64,000 nt of DNA from a virus (IMGVR_UViG_3300048574_000421), one strand, 5' to 3'; positions 11,001-20,307 are shown, counted from the first letter of the stretch. Notes: generated by a model not told the origin, from the letters alone. Translations and numbers: made by a program.

Positions 11001-11547
11001 GAACAATACATTGCGAAACGGCATCCCATATTTTCATATAAGCAACAACGCCAGGGTGCTTGATACCAGTTCCTTTTATAATAGAACTTCGAGGCCTAAT
11101 AAAATCAAAACTTAATCCGTAACCACCTTCTGATGCAAGTGTTTTTGCTTGCTCTACAATAGTCAAAAATATGTTTATTAAATCATCAGGGGTATCATCA
11201 GTTTCATATTCAATTGGAAACTTGATTAAGCCATTGTCAGTTTCACGCTTGTATGAGACTTTAGCATTACTAATGGGAGCAGCAACAAAACAATTTAACA
11301 ATGTTGCTTTCTCGAAAATTGTACCTACGTTAGCAGTTATTCTACCACCAGTTGTACATTTAAGACCTACAGGTTCGTTTTCAATAGTACGAACTAAAGT
11401 GTTAAAAAACTTATCTACCCAATCTTCAGGTTTTTTTTCAACAGAAGCAAGTGCTTGAGCAACTCTAAAAAAAGTTTCTTTAGGTGTTTCATTGTTATAT
11501 CTGTATTTTGATGTCCAGATTTCTCTAGCAAGTTCAGTTTTGAACAT
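8032..11547 (-). CDS. nrdJ: class II (B12-dependent) ribonucleotide reductase, intein-containing, with C-terminal TSCPD-like and Zn-ribbon domains
   Basis: GGRI, NCFV, GGYG, 'AEPGVLF', NP|CGE catalytic motif split by the intein, TTVPP.G..S, GIEP, SKTAN, G.TTYREG, C-terminal CPQC...CFKCIDC..SGC. Confidence 0.9.
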   Translation of the reverse strand: MFKTELAREIWTSKYRYNNETPKETFFRVAQALASVEKKPEDWVDKFFNTLVRTIENEPVGLKCTTGGRITANVGTIFEKATLLNCFVAAPISNAKVSYKRETDNGLIKFPIEYETDDTPDDLINIFLTIVEQAKTLASEGGYGLSFDFIRPRSSIIKGTGIKHPGVVAYMKIWDAVSQCIVQGDADGYVDKIKNYLGDDKFQEAKTVIKNAIRKGAMLAALSVTHPDCEEFVRAKQTSGELTKFNISVVLTDDFLKAVENDDFFEQSFNGKVFKRIKARELYDLIMLSCYDRAEPGVLFADNMMRNNPIAYLGRVTATNPCIIGSSIIATADGRNGVSIKQLAQEGKDLPVYSRNKLTDKVEIKMGRNPRITGEQREVWKLTLDDDSVFIATPDHKIPTRYKGDVELKNLKPGESLLPFNSHESNGYRQISYTSNKKRSNGLRLSRRQYRLIFEFFNPDIEITKDDRIHHSNFNSLDDRPEFLVKCTKQEHQSFHDISGKNNPMYRLRDKQKYRENMSKATSGLKNGRAYEITSKELLSHFVGFTRSIGRKPKRQELFGFCKSNNLPYPQKFRQKEFNCSNYTEFSNLLETEAFFNHKVKKVEFHGYEDVYNITVDDNHNYIVLTSWNDDKFLRSSGICVNNCGEVPGIASIGTVCLLGSLNLTQYVRIKTDGTTYFDFDEYIEDIRIFTRMLDNVNDLTYAPLPSYQWVIDNLRQIGMGINGLGSALMMLRIPYNSKEAVEFAKKICQLKENLTWQTSALLAKEKGVFGAYIKEQFEATEFFNSSRITDETRELLKKYGARNAKTTTVPPLGNSSILSDVTSNGIEPVYLIEYERKVVCQTWPEDLSQDNVKQILKHYKEKDYEYWRGRFGDYEYYYEPHNRGLCKINIVRDYGYQWLLDNFPEQDHSKYLITTKDLNIDDHLAIQAVVQFYNNQSTSKTANLPNEYPFEDFKQLYLKAWKLGLNGFTTYREGSMESVLSDIGKAEKREIIAKDIKLPDVFINGDTHIIKREGKKFYLHFSYLPEDSRKEFPICIWIYTNSQYGGEELKVCNKASRNLTKLALSCGVSDEIVKETVGKANIDYPHNRLGRMISLCLRHNIPREDILVSLMGIDGDNISTLLTAVRKFLSQTLSDGIELKGLKCPQCGGRVVMQAGCFKCIDCADYSGCG
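9619..10584 (-). mobile_element. intein (322 aa) with HNH-like endonuclease in NrdJ
   Basis: Starts 'CIIGSSIIATADG', block B 'ATPDHKI', HNH-like 'IHHSNFNSLDDRPEFL', ends 'VYNITVDDNHNY...ICVNN' before CGE. Confidence 0.9.
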
Positions 11548-11566
11548 GATTAGTTTTTCCTTAGCG

Positions 11567-11749
11567 TTAATAGCGTTCAAATTCTTTTATGTGAGTGGAG
11601 AGTAATTCCGAAGTAAAAATTAATGCTTGAAGCTCTTTGTTAGTGAACTTAAATCGTTCTACTTTTTCATTAGAACCTTCAATGATATTTCCAATATGTT
11701 CTAATGCATTAATGAAATCTTGTTTTTTTTCTAAAAGTTTGTCATTCAT
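11567..11749 (-). CDS. hypothetical protein
   Basis: 60-aa ORF in operon context. Confidence 0.45.
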   Translation of the reverse strand: MNDKLLEKKQDFINALEHIGNIIEGSNEKVERFKFTNKELQALIFTSELLSTHIKEFERY

Positions 11750-11901
11750 GATAAAGATTCTTCGTGTATGTTTAATATATCTTTATGCTCATAACCACAG
11801 TTTAAACAAATAGAGACTTTCAATACTTTTTGAAAGTCTCCTTCAACATTTTTTGTATCGACTTTAATTTTTGAAGAACCGCATTTTGCACATGTTTTCA
11901 T
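11746..11901 (-). CDS. small Zn-ribbon protein (not in ORF track)
   Basis: MKTCAKCGS...CLNCGYEH...; AAGGAG RBS; ATGA overlap with the next ORF. Confidence 0.55.
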   Translation of the reverse strand: MKTCAKCGSSKIKVDTKNVEGDFQKVLKVSICLNCGYEHKDILNIHEESLS

Positions 11902-12036
11902 TTTTTAATCTCCTTTAATATTTCTATAAAAAGGAGCAATAAAAACACTAAAAAAACAAGTCTTTTGTTTATCAAAAGTAATAAGAAAAGAGAACTACGT
12001 TATGTCTGGAAGTGAATATTAGAAGCTAAAAGAAGA

Positions 12037-12612
12037 TTAATCTACATCAATTCCTTGCTCAACAAGTTTTTTTGCAGCTAAAAATTCTTGCGGATTATAA
12101 CCTTTGAGTTTCTCTAACCAATTCTCGTTATCTGGCAGTTTTTGCATTATTGTATATAATTCATCAAAACTAATAGGCATAAAACTATTGTTATCTACAC
12201 CTACGTCATAAGATTTTCCCAAAGATGCTAATTCACCATGTGAGTGTCCATAACAATGCCAAGAATTAAAATGTGATTTTTCCCAAACGCGCATTGCAAA
12301 ATGACAAAGAACTATAGTAGTTTTTTCTATTACAATAGTTTTCATCTTATGAACACTACTAAATCCTGTTAAATCACCTTTGTCGTGATTCCCTTCAATC
12401 AGAATAATGTTCCCGTTTAATCTTCTTAAATAAATCAAAGGGTTCTTAAAGGAGAAATCTCCAAGGTGATAGACTGTGTCTGTCTTACTCACAACAGAAT
12501 TCCAATTTTTTATTATTGTCTCATCCATTTCATCGACAGAAGCAAAAGGACGGTTACAATATCTAATTATATTATCATGACCAAGATGTGTATCAGCTGT
12601 AAAAAAAAACAT
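12037..12612 (-). CDS. calcineurin-like metallophosphoesterase
   Basis: DTHLGH, GDF, GNHD, H, GHSH, DVGVD motifs. Confidence 0.9.
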   Translation of the reverse strand: MFFFTADTHLGHDNIIRYCNRPFASVDEMDETIIKNWNSVVSKTDTVYHLGDFSFKNPLIYLRRLNGNIILIEGNHDKGDLTGFSSVHKMKTIVIEKTTIVLCHFAMRVWEKSHFNSWHCYGHSHGELASLGKSYDVGVDNNSFMPISFDELYTIMQKLPDNENWLEKLKGYNPQEFLAAKKLVEQGIDVD

Positions 12613-12627
12613 AAAACCTCATAAAAA

Positions 12628-15315
12628 TTATTTTAAAGCACTTCTATTATCTACTAGAACTTTATTATACAAAAATTCACCTAAAACTTCTTCAGCTATA
12701 CGAGGTCGTCTTTTAAAATCTGAAATTGTTTTTATTCCTTCTTCAAATAACTTACGTACTCTTACACCACCAATACCTTTTAAAAGACAAAGCTCTGTTT
12801 GCTCGTTTGTTATTTCATATTCAATTCTTAATTGTAATCTATTCCAAAACTCAAACTTGTTCCAATGTGAATACATTTTATCGATCATTTCTAGAGCTGA
12901 ACACATTCTTTCTGAATCGAATTTCACTTGTCTTTTTTGATGTTCAGCAATTTCCTCTGAAAAAGAAAGGCATCCGTGAAATAAAACACCAATTGATGCA
13001 CAAGCTTCTGATATAACTAAATTCCTGTTTCGACATGATGTAACAAATCCTTTAACAAGATCTTGCATATCGCGTCCAGCAAAATTGTCACTATTATCAG
13101 GAATATTTGACAATGCCCAACTTATCGAATAGTCGTCAAGTCTATCCTCAGCAAACAATCTATTAAAATTAAAATACCATCCAGCAATAGTATATGGGCT
13201 ATAGTATAAATAAGCAGCAACTTTCCCGAGTTTAGTTACACTATACTTGTTTGCTATTTTCTCTATAACTTTTATTTTTTCAAGTTTTGTAAGAAGCTCT
13301 TCAGCGTCAACTCGATCTAAATAATTAGATTGAAAAGCAGCAAGACTTCTATTATACCATTCCATTAAAGTAGTAATATCATAAACTTCACCTTCAGAAA
13401 TCTCTGAAATTATGTGAAAAGCAAGCACATTTGGATCGTTCATTGTAGACATAATGGGTGGAATATTTTGACACCAATTTTTATACCGCGTAAATTTTGT
13501 TTGAGGAAGAAGAACATGAGCATCACCTCTTGGGTCTAAACCAACACGCCCAGCTCTTCCAACCATTTGTTTTATGTCTAAAGGTTCAACTTCACTTATA
13601 CCTCTATGCACTCCTACTACAATACATCTTCTTGCAGGCAAATTTATTCCCCAAGCAAGCGTAGATGTTGCAACTATAATTCTTACACCATCTTTTTCTT
13701 TAAAAGCATTAGGAATTCTAACTCTATCTTCAAGAGTGAGTTCTGAACTGTGAAGTTCTACTTTCTCGTTCATTTGTTTAAGCTTATTAAAAATGACTTT
13801 GCCCATATTTTTTGAATGGACAAACACAATAAATTTATCTTCTTTGAATTGCTGCGTAATTTCTACAGCTCTATTTACTTTATTTGTTTCAACAGCTTGA
13901 TATTTTCCATAATCATCATATTGCTCATAATGAATATCTAAAATACAAGGCCTGTAGTTAGAATTTATAAGTTCAGATTTTTTTCCATTTAAACTAGAAA
14001 GCCATCTTGAAAGTTCATCGACATTTTGCATTGTTGCTGATAAAAAAACAATTCTACAAGAAGGATTTTGTTTTGTAAAACGCATTATAGCACTTTCAGC
14101 TTTATCACCTCTACCTTTAATGCATAAAAGGTGTGCTTCATCTTGAACTATAGTTCCTGCTTCTAAAAGCCAACTATTCGATTCAATTGTTATACGACGT
14201 GTTCTGCTATCTAGCATTTCTGTCGTCATAATTATTATATTTGCATCATTAAGTTCTTTAACTCTTTCTTCAGTTAATTGATAGTCTCCTGTAACAATGC
14301 TTATGTTTAGTTTACTCCAATCATGTTTTGGATCAGTCCAATCTTGATATTTTTCTTGAGAAACAGCTTTTAAAGGTGATAGAAAAATAGCTTTTCTACC
14401 ATTCGCAATAGAATCAGACATAAACATTTCTGCAACAGTTGTTTTTCCTGCTGAAGTAGATGCTGCAACTACGCAATTAACATCCTTATTGTAATATTGA
14501 AAAACTTCAGATTGTACTGGATTAAAATTTTCAAATTTGAATTTCATGTGCGGGAAACTTGAAGTTTTCACTATCTCAATTTGTTTAGTTGGTGCTGCCG
14601 GTGCTTCAGCTTCTTTTTTTTGTTGTTCTTTTTTTACTTGAGGCATTTCAAATTCAAGTTTAAGTTGTGGTTCGTCTTCAATTCCTTGGCCATAAATCTC
14701 AACATCTCTTACTTCACGAACACCTTTGCACCCTGTTTTGAAAAAATTAGAACACCCATAAAATTCACCTTTTCTACCTGAGCGTTTTTGCATCAATGCA
14801 TCACATTCAGGACAATGAACAATTTCATTTTGTGATTCAGAAGTTAAAGCTGTTTTTGAATGAAATTCGCCAAACAAATTCATTGTAGATTTGCAAGTAG
14901 GATATGAAAGACAACCATAAAATGGTCCCTTTGTACCTTCTCTTAAAACCATTGCACTATTGCATGTCTTACATATTTCTATTTTTTTGACTTCTTGTTT
15001 AAGTTCATCAAGTTTTTCTTTAAGACGTTCTCTCCAATTTGTCATTCTGTGAGTTCTTTTTGCTTTGTCAATTGTTTTTTGACTTATAAAATCAACAAGA
15101 ACACATCTTATAGCATCTTCACCAATCAATCTTGAAGAATTTACGAATTTATCTATTGATGAATAAATTCGAATATTGATAGTAGGTTTTTCTGTAGGAA
15201 TCTCATATATAAGTTCATTTGCATTTTGCTGTTCAAAAACTGTAGGAACTTTTGATGAATATGAAGTAAGAAAACTTTCAAAATCTTTTATTGAAATCGT
15301 CACAAATTCAGACAT
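12628..15315 (-). CDS. Ski2/Hel308-like SF2 helicase with N-terminal topoisomerase-type C4 zinc fingers
   Basis: TSAGKT, PLKA, DEAH, LSAT, TSTLAWGINLP, QMVGRAGR, C-terminal HhH 'LKGIGGVR'; two CxxC..M..R.G..G.FYGC..C repeats. Confidence 0.85.
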   Translation of the reverse strand: MSEFVTISIKDFESFLTSYSSKVPTVFEQQNANELIYEIPTEKPTINIRIYSSIDKFVNSSRLIGEDAIRCVLVDFISQKTIDKAKRTHRMTNWRERLKEKLDELKQEVKKIEICKTCNSAMVLREGTKGPFYGCLSYPTCKSTMNLFGEFHSKTALTSESQNEIVHCPECDALMQKRSGRKGEFYGCSNFFKTGCKGVREVRDVEIYGQGIEDEPQLKLEFEMPQVKKEQQKKEAEAPAAPTKQIEIVKTSSFPHMKFKFENFNPVQSEVFQYYNKDVNCVVAASTSAGKTTVAEMFMSDSIANGRKAIFLSPLKAVSQEKYQDWTDPKHDWSKLNISIVTGDYQLTEERVKELNDANIIIMTTEMLDSRTRRITIESNSWLLEAGTIVQDEAHLLCIKGRGDKAESAIMRFTKQNPSCRIVFLSATMQNVDELSRWLSSLNGKKSELINSNYRPCILDIHYEQYDDYGKYQAVETNKVNRAVEITQQFKEDKFIVFVHSKNMGKVIFNKLKQMNEKVELHSSELTLEDRVRIPNAFKEKDGVRIIVATSTLAWGINLPARRCIVVGVHRGISEVEPLDIKQMVGRAGRVGLDPRGDAHVLLPQTKFTRYKNWCQNIPPIMSTMNDPNVLAFHIISEISEGEVYDITTLMEWYNRSLAAFQSNYLDRVDAEELLTKLEKIKVIEKIANKYSVTKLGKVAAYLYYSPYTIAGWYFNFNRLFAEDRLDDYSISWALSNIPDNSDNFAGRDMQDLVKGFVTSCRNRNLVISEACASIGVLFHGCLSFSEEIAEHQKRQVKFDSERMCSALEMIDKMYSHWNKFEFWNRLQLRIEYEITNEQTELCLLKGIGGVRVRKLFEEGIKTISDFKRRPRIAEEVLGEFLYNKVLVDNRSALK

Positions 15316-15370
15316 AATATTTCTCCTTGAGGTATTATATCTTAAAAACTGTCTAATAAAGCCAATTATA

Positions 15371-15406
15371 AAAACAAAAAAGGGCTTAGATATTCATCTA
15401 AACCCT
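15371..15406 (-). terminator. intrinsic terminator
   Basis: AGGGTTTAGAT-GAAT-ATCTAAGCCCT followed by TTTTTGTTTT on the minus strand. Confidence 0.7.
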
Positions 15407-15427
15407 ATAAACTTTATTTTGAGAAAA

Positions 15428-15955
15428 TTAATTTTGTTCTTTTTCCTGTTTTTCTTTCTCGAGTGTGCCTTGCGTACCAAAAGTATTATACAATCTACGT
15501 TCAGTAGTTAAAAGACGTTTGAATGCAGGTATACCATTGACAACACCAAAGTTTAAAATCTCTTTTAAAAGTTTTACAGCTGGGTATCTATCAACAGCAG
15601 TATATCTCATCAAAATTCTTTTAAGATCCATAATTGTTTGAGCAACATCTTTAGGGACTACCTGTTCGTCTTTTTTTCCTTGTTCAAGAGTAAGTAAAAT
15701 TGCATTTCTTGCTTTTTTCAATCTTGGATTATCAAAAAGCGGATTTAATTTTGCAAAAATTTTATCATTACCCTTAGGTTGTAAAAATTTCCTAATGAAT
15801 GTTACATAAGCTTGAATTTCTTTTCCTATTCTCTTCTTTTCTTTATCATCAATAAGAATTTCATCTTTTGGATCTTGTTCTGGATTCTCAACTTCAGCTA
15901 CAAGTTGTCTTGCAGTTTTTTTGATTTCATTCGCAAACAAAAATAAATCATTCAT
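15428..15955 (-). CDS. hypothetical protein
   Basis: AAGGAG RBS; N-terminal 'FANEIKKTA' motif. Confidence 0.6.
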   Translation of the reverse strand: MNDLFLFANEIKKTARQLVAEVENPEQDPKDEILIDDKEKKRIGKEIQAYVTFIRKFLQPKGNDKIFAKLNPLFDNPRLKKARNAILLTLEQGKKDEQVVPKDVAQTIMDLKRILMRYTAVDRYPAVKLLKEILNFGVVNGIPAFKRLLTTERRLYNTFGTQGTLEKEKQEKEQN

Positions 15956-16214
15956 GTATTATCTCCTTTGAAATTTTCTCATACTCAATTAAAATTTTTT
16001 CTTGAATTGTTTTTCTAAACTCTGTATTAAGGGGATGAACTAAATCTTTGAATTTCTCTCCAGATCGTTTAGAAGGCATTGCTACAAAAATACCTTTTAC
16101 TCCATCTAAAACTTTAATCCCGTGAATGACAAGCATGTCATCAAAAGTTATGCTTACAAAAGCTTTGACTTTTTTGTCATTAGAAGGAGAGACACGTACT
16201 TCAGTTATTTCCAT
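15948..16214 (-). CDS. spoVG: SpoVG family protein
   Basis: 'MEITEVRV...KAFVSITFDD..VIHGIKV.DG..GIFVAMPSKR...FKDLVHPLNTEFR'. Confidence 0.9.
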   Translation of the reverse strand: MEITEVRVSPSNDKKVKAFVSITFDDMLVIHGIKVLDGVKGIFVAMPSKRSGEKFKDLVHPLNTEFRKTIQEKILIEYEKISKEIIHE

Positions 16215-16247
16215 AACCAAGAGTGTTTAAATAAATACTTTAGAAAA

Positions 16248-16778
16248 CTAGATACTAAAACCTGTAATAAGAGTTTCGCCCGTATGTTTGTTAATACGAT
16301 ACTCTCGTTTGTAGATAGGTAGTGAAAAAAGCTTTGAACCTCGTTCTGTGAGATAAATAACTTCTTGATTACTTGAACCTTTCCATTGAGATTCACATTT
16401 CTTGTCAATGTCAAAAGGTCCTGAACAAAGAAAGTCAATAGAAGACAAGATATCTTTATATTTTGTTGATATTATGTCATATGAATAACCTGAGCATAAA
16501 AAAATATCTTTATATGCAAAAACTCTTTTTGTTAGCTCTAAAACAGAATCAAATTGGTCTAAAGGTTCACCACCAGTAATTGTCAAACTAAGATCTGATT
16601 TTATGATTTGTGATGCAAGAGAATCTATATCTTGAAGATATCCAGCAGAAAAATCCCAAGTATCAATATTTATGCAGTTTTTGCAATGAATACTACAGCC
16701 CTGTACCCATACAGTAAAACGTTCACCAGGACCTTGGACTTTACTTTTCTCAATAATATGGTTTAATCTTAAATTCAT
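16248..16778 (-). CDS. radical SAM / NrdG-like 4Fe-4S protein
   Basis: 'GPGERFTVWVQGCSIHCKNC', 'TITGGEPLDQ', 'WKGSSNQ'. Confidence 0.8.
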   Translation of the reverse strand: MNLRLNHIIEKSKVQGPGERFTVWVQGCSIHCKNCINIDTWDFSAGYLQDIDSLASQIIKSDLSLTITGGEPLDQFDSVLELTKRVFAYKDIFLCSGYSYDIISTKYKDILSSIDFLCSGPFDIDKKCESQWKGSSNQEVIYLTERGSKLFSLPIYKREYRINKHTGETLITGFSI

Positions 16779-17075
16779 TTACTCTAAAAAACTATCAACT
16801 ATTTTTATTATCTCTTCAATTAATTCTTTTTTCTTCATTGTTTTTGTAAAATCTTTTTCAGAAGTTTTTGTTCCTGGCAAAACAGATTTTACAACTTCAT
16901 AATTACTTTTCTTTTTCCAAACATCGAGAGTCATTGAACTATTTGATAAAGAAAAACATGGTTCTTCGATATGGCTAGATTTAGAAGATAAAATTTGTTC
17001 AGCAATAAAAGATTCAAAATCAGAATCATTCATTGCATGAAGTTCTTCTGCGATTTTCTTTATGTTTTTTTTCAT
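16779..17075 (-). CDS. hypothetical protein
   Basis: N-terminal 'IKKIAEEL' motif; overlapping operon context. Confidence 0.5.
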   Translation of the reverse strand: MKKNIKKIAEELHAMNDSDFESFIAEQILSSKSSHIEEPCFSLSNSSMTLDVWKKKSNYEVVKSVLPGTKTSEKDFTKTMKKKELIEEIIKIVDSFLE

Positions 17076-17452
17076 ATTTTTTCAACTTTACTTAAAGGCA
17101 CTTCATCCATAACAGAAATTGCATTTGACTGAACATGTGCTTCAACATTAGCTAAAGTCTGATCTGGTAAAATTACATCAAACCAAACTTTCACTCTATC
17201 TTCTGTTCTGTCAGGTATGATTTCTTTAACGACTCCTTCAGAATTCATAGCCAATGCGCCATAAGTTTCTATTAACCTAACCCTATCATTAACTGCTATT
17301 TCTATATCATAAATATAATCTGATGAATCAATATTTAAACAAACAGGTTGGTCGAGGACAGTAAATTGAATTGTGCCTCGACCATCAGACTCAATGACAA
17401 GTTTAGCAGAATTTACGAGTATAGAAATCGGGTCGTTTAAAAGAACATTCAT
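17072..17452 (-). CDS. hypothetical protein
   Basis: ORF with ATGA overlaps. Confidence 0.5.
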   Translation of the reverse strand: MNVLLNDPISILVNSAKLVIESDGRGTIQFTVLDQPVCLNIDSSDYIYDIEIAVNDRVRLIETYGALAMNSEGVVKEIIPDRTEDRVKVWFDVILPDQTLANVEAHVQSNAISVMDEVPLSKVEKI

Positions 17453-17676
17453 CTCCTTGAACCAGGTCTTCTTTCACCATCAGCAATGCTCAGGTTCTTT
17501 TCTCTCTGACCACCAATAACACCCATATTGTAAGTGAAAACCATATTCACAGTTTCAACAATATGTCCAGGTGTCAACGGTACACTCGTTAAGCGACCAC
17601 CCTGGTCGTTAATTTCGTACAGATCTTTTGGTGTTGCTACTCCTGCATCAAACATGATTTTTTGTTTAATACCCAT
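17449..17676 (-). CDS. hypothetical protein
   Basis: Strong AAGGAGG RBS. Confidence 0.55.
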   Translation of the reverse strand: MGIKQKIMFDAGVATPKDLYEINDQGGRLTSVPLTPGHIVETVNMVFTYNMGVIGGQREKNLSIADGERRPGSRR

Positions 17677-17726
17677 TTTATTCCTCCTTAAAGTTTTTTT
17701 GTCAAGACTTTTAAAGAAGATATAGA

Positions 17727-17741
17727 TAAAAACTATAGAAA
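17727..17741 (-). promoter_or_regulatory. motif TTTCTATAGTTTTTA, copy 3
   Basis: Exact copy about 50 nt upstream of the 17676 start. Confidence 0.5.
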
Positions 17742-18452
17742 ATTACTTTCTTTTGTAACTAAATCTATAAGAACTTTCATGTTTCCTGTTTTTATATTTT
17801 TCAAAAATCTTTTTTCTTTCTCTAAACGCTCTTCTGATTTTAACCAAATCTTATCTAAAATAATAAAATCATTATGTTTTAAAAAAGAAACCATACCAAT
17901 ATTTGTACAATCATGTTCTATAACATAACATAAAAGTTTTGCATTGTCTTTTTTACATTCATAAAATAAATGTTTTTTAGAAACAAAAAACTCTTGATTG
18001 CAAAACTTAAAAGACTTAATTCCTGCACCATTGATTTTCACTTCTTCATTAGATAAATTTCTTGAAATATCAATTGCTTGCATTATAAAAAAGTCGTAAA
18101 TGTTTCTGTTAAATTCTATTTCATTTGAGATTTTGATTAGACGCATACTTTCTAAAATAGAACTGCAATGCGTACAAGAACATAAATGCGTTAAAACAAG
18201 GTCTTTTTGATACTGAGGCATATAATCTAATTGTTTTTCTTTATTATCTGAATCAACAATTAGCATTTCTAAATATGGTTTTGTTATGTGTTTGTGCTCA
18301 AAAATATTTGAAATTAGCTCAGATTTACTTGCACATACTGGACAAACAAAAACAAACGTTTGTATATCTTCAAACCAAAAATTATCATCGACATTGTATA
18401 TAGATAAAGGTAAATCACATTGTTTGCATTTCATCTTTACCCCGAATACCAT
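17733..18452 (-). CDS. hypothetical Cys-rich protein
   Basis: CxxC...CxxC and HxxxCxxC motifs; likely start at 18434 (MKCKQC). Confidence 0.5.
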   Translation of the reverse strand: MVFGVKMKCKQCDLPLSIYNVDDNFWFEDIQTFVFVCPVCASKSELISNIFEHKHITKPYLEMLIVDSDNKEKQLDYMPQYQKDLVLTHLCSCTHCSSILESMRLIKISNEIEFNRNIYDFFIMQAIDISRNLSNEEVKINGAGIKSFKFCNQEFFVSKKHLFYECKKDNAKLLCYVIEHDCTNIGMVSFLKHNDFIILDKIWLKSEERLEKEKRFLKNIKTGNMKVLIDLVTKESNFL

Positions 18453-19128
18453 ATTTTTTACTGAGAGAATCTTTTACATTTTTTGCTTCACTCGTTGTTG
18501 TTTTTTGAAATTCAATCAATGAAACAGGTCTTCTTTCTTTGGGTCTTGTGTGACTCGAACCGCAACCTTGATTATGATATTTTATTGCTTTTTCTATGTT
18601 TGATGTTGCACCAACATAGAATGTCTCGTCTTTACACTTTAAAACAAAAACAAAAAAGTCATTTTCAGAGAAACAATCGCTAGACATTACATTACTTATT
18701 GTATTTTGTTCTATTGAAGGTGTAATTACTTCTGAGTTTTGAATTGTTTCTGGCATTAAAGGTAGTTGTTGAATAGTTTCAACTTCTGAAGTTTGTTGTA
18801 TTGTTACTAAAGTAGAAACTTGTTCAAGAGGTTTTGTGTCTAATTCTGTCTGTTGTGAGACAGGTATAGTTGTAGGTGTAGTAATACCAACATCTTGGAA
18901 AATTGAAACAAACTCAGTTTCTTTTGTTTGCGAATTGTTTTTTGCTAAACCATGAAGTTCAGCTTGAATTCCTAAAATTTTCGCACATTTCGAGCAAAGA
19001 AAAGTAGTGTTATTCACTTTAAGAATAGAGTTACCTATATCGTTTTGTTTGTATGCTTCTTGACATCCCCTTGTACAATAAACATATTTCTTTATTTGAT
19101 CACCGTCTCTATAAAAATATTTTCTCAT
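18415..19128 (-). CDS. protein with C-terminal GIY-YIG nuclease domain
   Basis: 'FVFVLKCKDETFYVGATSNIEKAIKYHNQGCGSSHTR..RRPV'; low-complexity linker; ATGA overlap at 19125-19128. Confidence 0.7.
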   Translation of the reverse strand: MRKYFYRDGDQIKKYVYCTRGCQEAYKQNDIGNSILKVNNTTFLCSKCAKILGIQAELHGLAKNNSQTKETEFVSIFQDVGITTPTTIPVSQQTELDTKPLEQVSTLVTIQQTSEVETIQQLPLMPETIQNSEVITPSIEQNTISNVMSSDCFSENDFFVFVLKCKDETFYVGATSNIEKAIKYHNQGCGSSHTRPKERRPVSLIEFQKTTTSEAKNVKDSLSKKYGIRGKDEMQTM

Positions 19129-20051
19129 AATTTGATTAATGTGGAAACTGAATTCCAAGCTTTCTGTTTAAGAAGTAATGCGCTCCCCCAAAATAAAGAC
19201 TCAAGATGGTTTGAGACTCTTTCTAAATTATCTTTACCTTTTGACAACCTTTCGTAATCTATAAAATTAACAATAGAATTGAACCATGCCCAAGCAGAAT
19301 CTGCTGATGATGGGAATGTAGTAATTTCTTTTTCGTATTGTGTTTTTATTTTTTCAAAAGTGTTTTTAGTTCTTGTAGAATCAAAACTGTAATTTTCAAA
19401 ACTATTTGAAAGAAATAAATCTACTTTTTTTGTGCTAAATTTCGATTTATATAAATTGTTCACTGCATCTTCAAATTTTTCATAAAAAATTTCTGATAAT
19501 TTAAAAATCTTTGAAGCTTCATCTATTCTTGTTTTGACATTTCCTACATGACGCATTTGAATTCCCTGTTCAACTCTTTTTCCGAAAGAAATATTCAATG
19601 CTGTCTCAGTTTTTGAACGTAAGGGAAAAAAATACGCTCTAATTGCACCTCTCCCATCATGAGCATTTGAAAATAAAATAAATTTTTGTATTGTATCGTT
19701 TGAAGGAAGTGAAATATCTTTGTTTAGTTTTAAAAGCAACCAAATTTTTTCACCTTTGCCTATATAACCAGCAGCATAAAATGTAGCATCACCTCGTTGA
19801 ACTATATGATCTAAAAACGAAAAAACTTGCGTATTTTGAATACTTTTATATGTTGATGTTACAATACCTAAAGGTTGATTTGTATCTTTTCTTACTATTG
19901 CAACTTTTCCGTCTATAACCTGACCATCTACAATTTGAATTTGTCGTGATTCGACTTCCCAAGAAAGATTTGCTTTTTGCATTGCTGCTAACGAAGTTTT
20001 TGTTGTTTTAGGAACAAAACTCCCAAAATTATACCAAATTTTTTTACTCAC
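19125..20051 (-). CDS. DUF932 family phage/plasmid protein
   Basis: 'ANLSWEV...AIVRKDT..PLGIV...Y..IQN...F...AG....GEKIW...NAHDG...RH.G...AWAWFNSI'. Confidence 0.75.
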   Translation of the reverse strand: MSKKIWYNFGSFVPKTTKTSLAAMQKANLSWEVESRQIQIVDGQVIDGKVAIVRKDTNQPLGIVTSTYKSIQNTQVFSFLDHIVQRGDATFYAAGYIGKGEKIWLLLKLNKDISLPSNDTIQKFILFSNAHDGRGAIRAYFFPLRSKTETALNISFGKRVEQGIQMRHVGNVKTRIDEASKIFKLSEIFYEKFEDAVNNLYKSKFSTKKVDLFLSNSFENYSFDSTRTKNTFEKIKTQYEKEITTFPSSADSAWAWFNSIVNFIDYERLSKGKDNLERVSNHLESLFWGSALLLKQKAWNSVSTLIKL

Positions 20052-20163
20052 TGTTGGTCCTTTTCTAACTATTTATATCTAAAACTATCTTTATATCGTA
20101 CTATTTTTTTAAACAACCAACAGATAATAAACGTACAACTAAAATACCAACAAGTGTTTTTTA

Positions 20164-20307
20164 TTATTCCCGAGATTCTTCGTCATCAAAATGTTCTTCA
20201 GAATCAAAACACAAACCATCTTCTGTTGTTCCAAACTTTTTTTCATCTTCATCGAAATCATCATCAAAAAGAAACTTATAAATATCATCTTCTTCTAACA
20301 TAAACAT
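20164..20307 (-). CDS. very acidic 47-aa protein (not in ORF track)
   Basis: MFMLEEDDIYKFLFDDDFDEDEKKFGTTEDGLCFDSEEHFDDEESRE*; TAAGGAGG RBS. Confidence 0.6.
   Translation of the reverse strand: MFMLEEDDIYKFLFDDDFDEDEKKFGTTEDGLCFDSEEHFDDEESRE

Noticed and set aside
16248-16778. Calling the radical SAM gene nrdG of a class III RNR
   Set aside because: No nrdD in the window and the RNR present is class II, so only the family-level call is kept.
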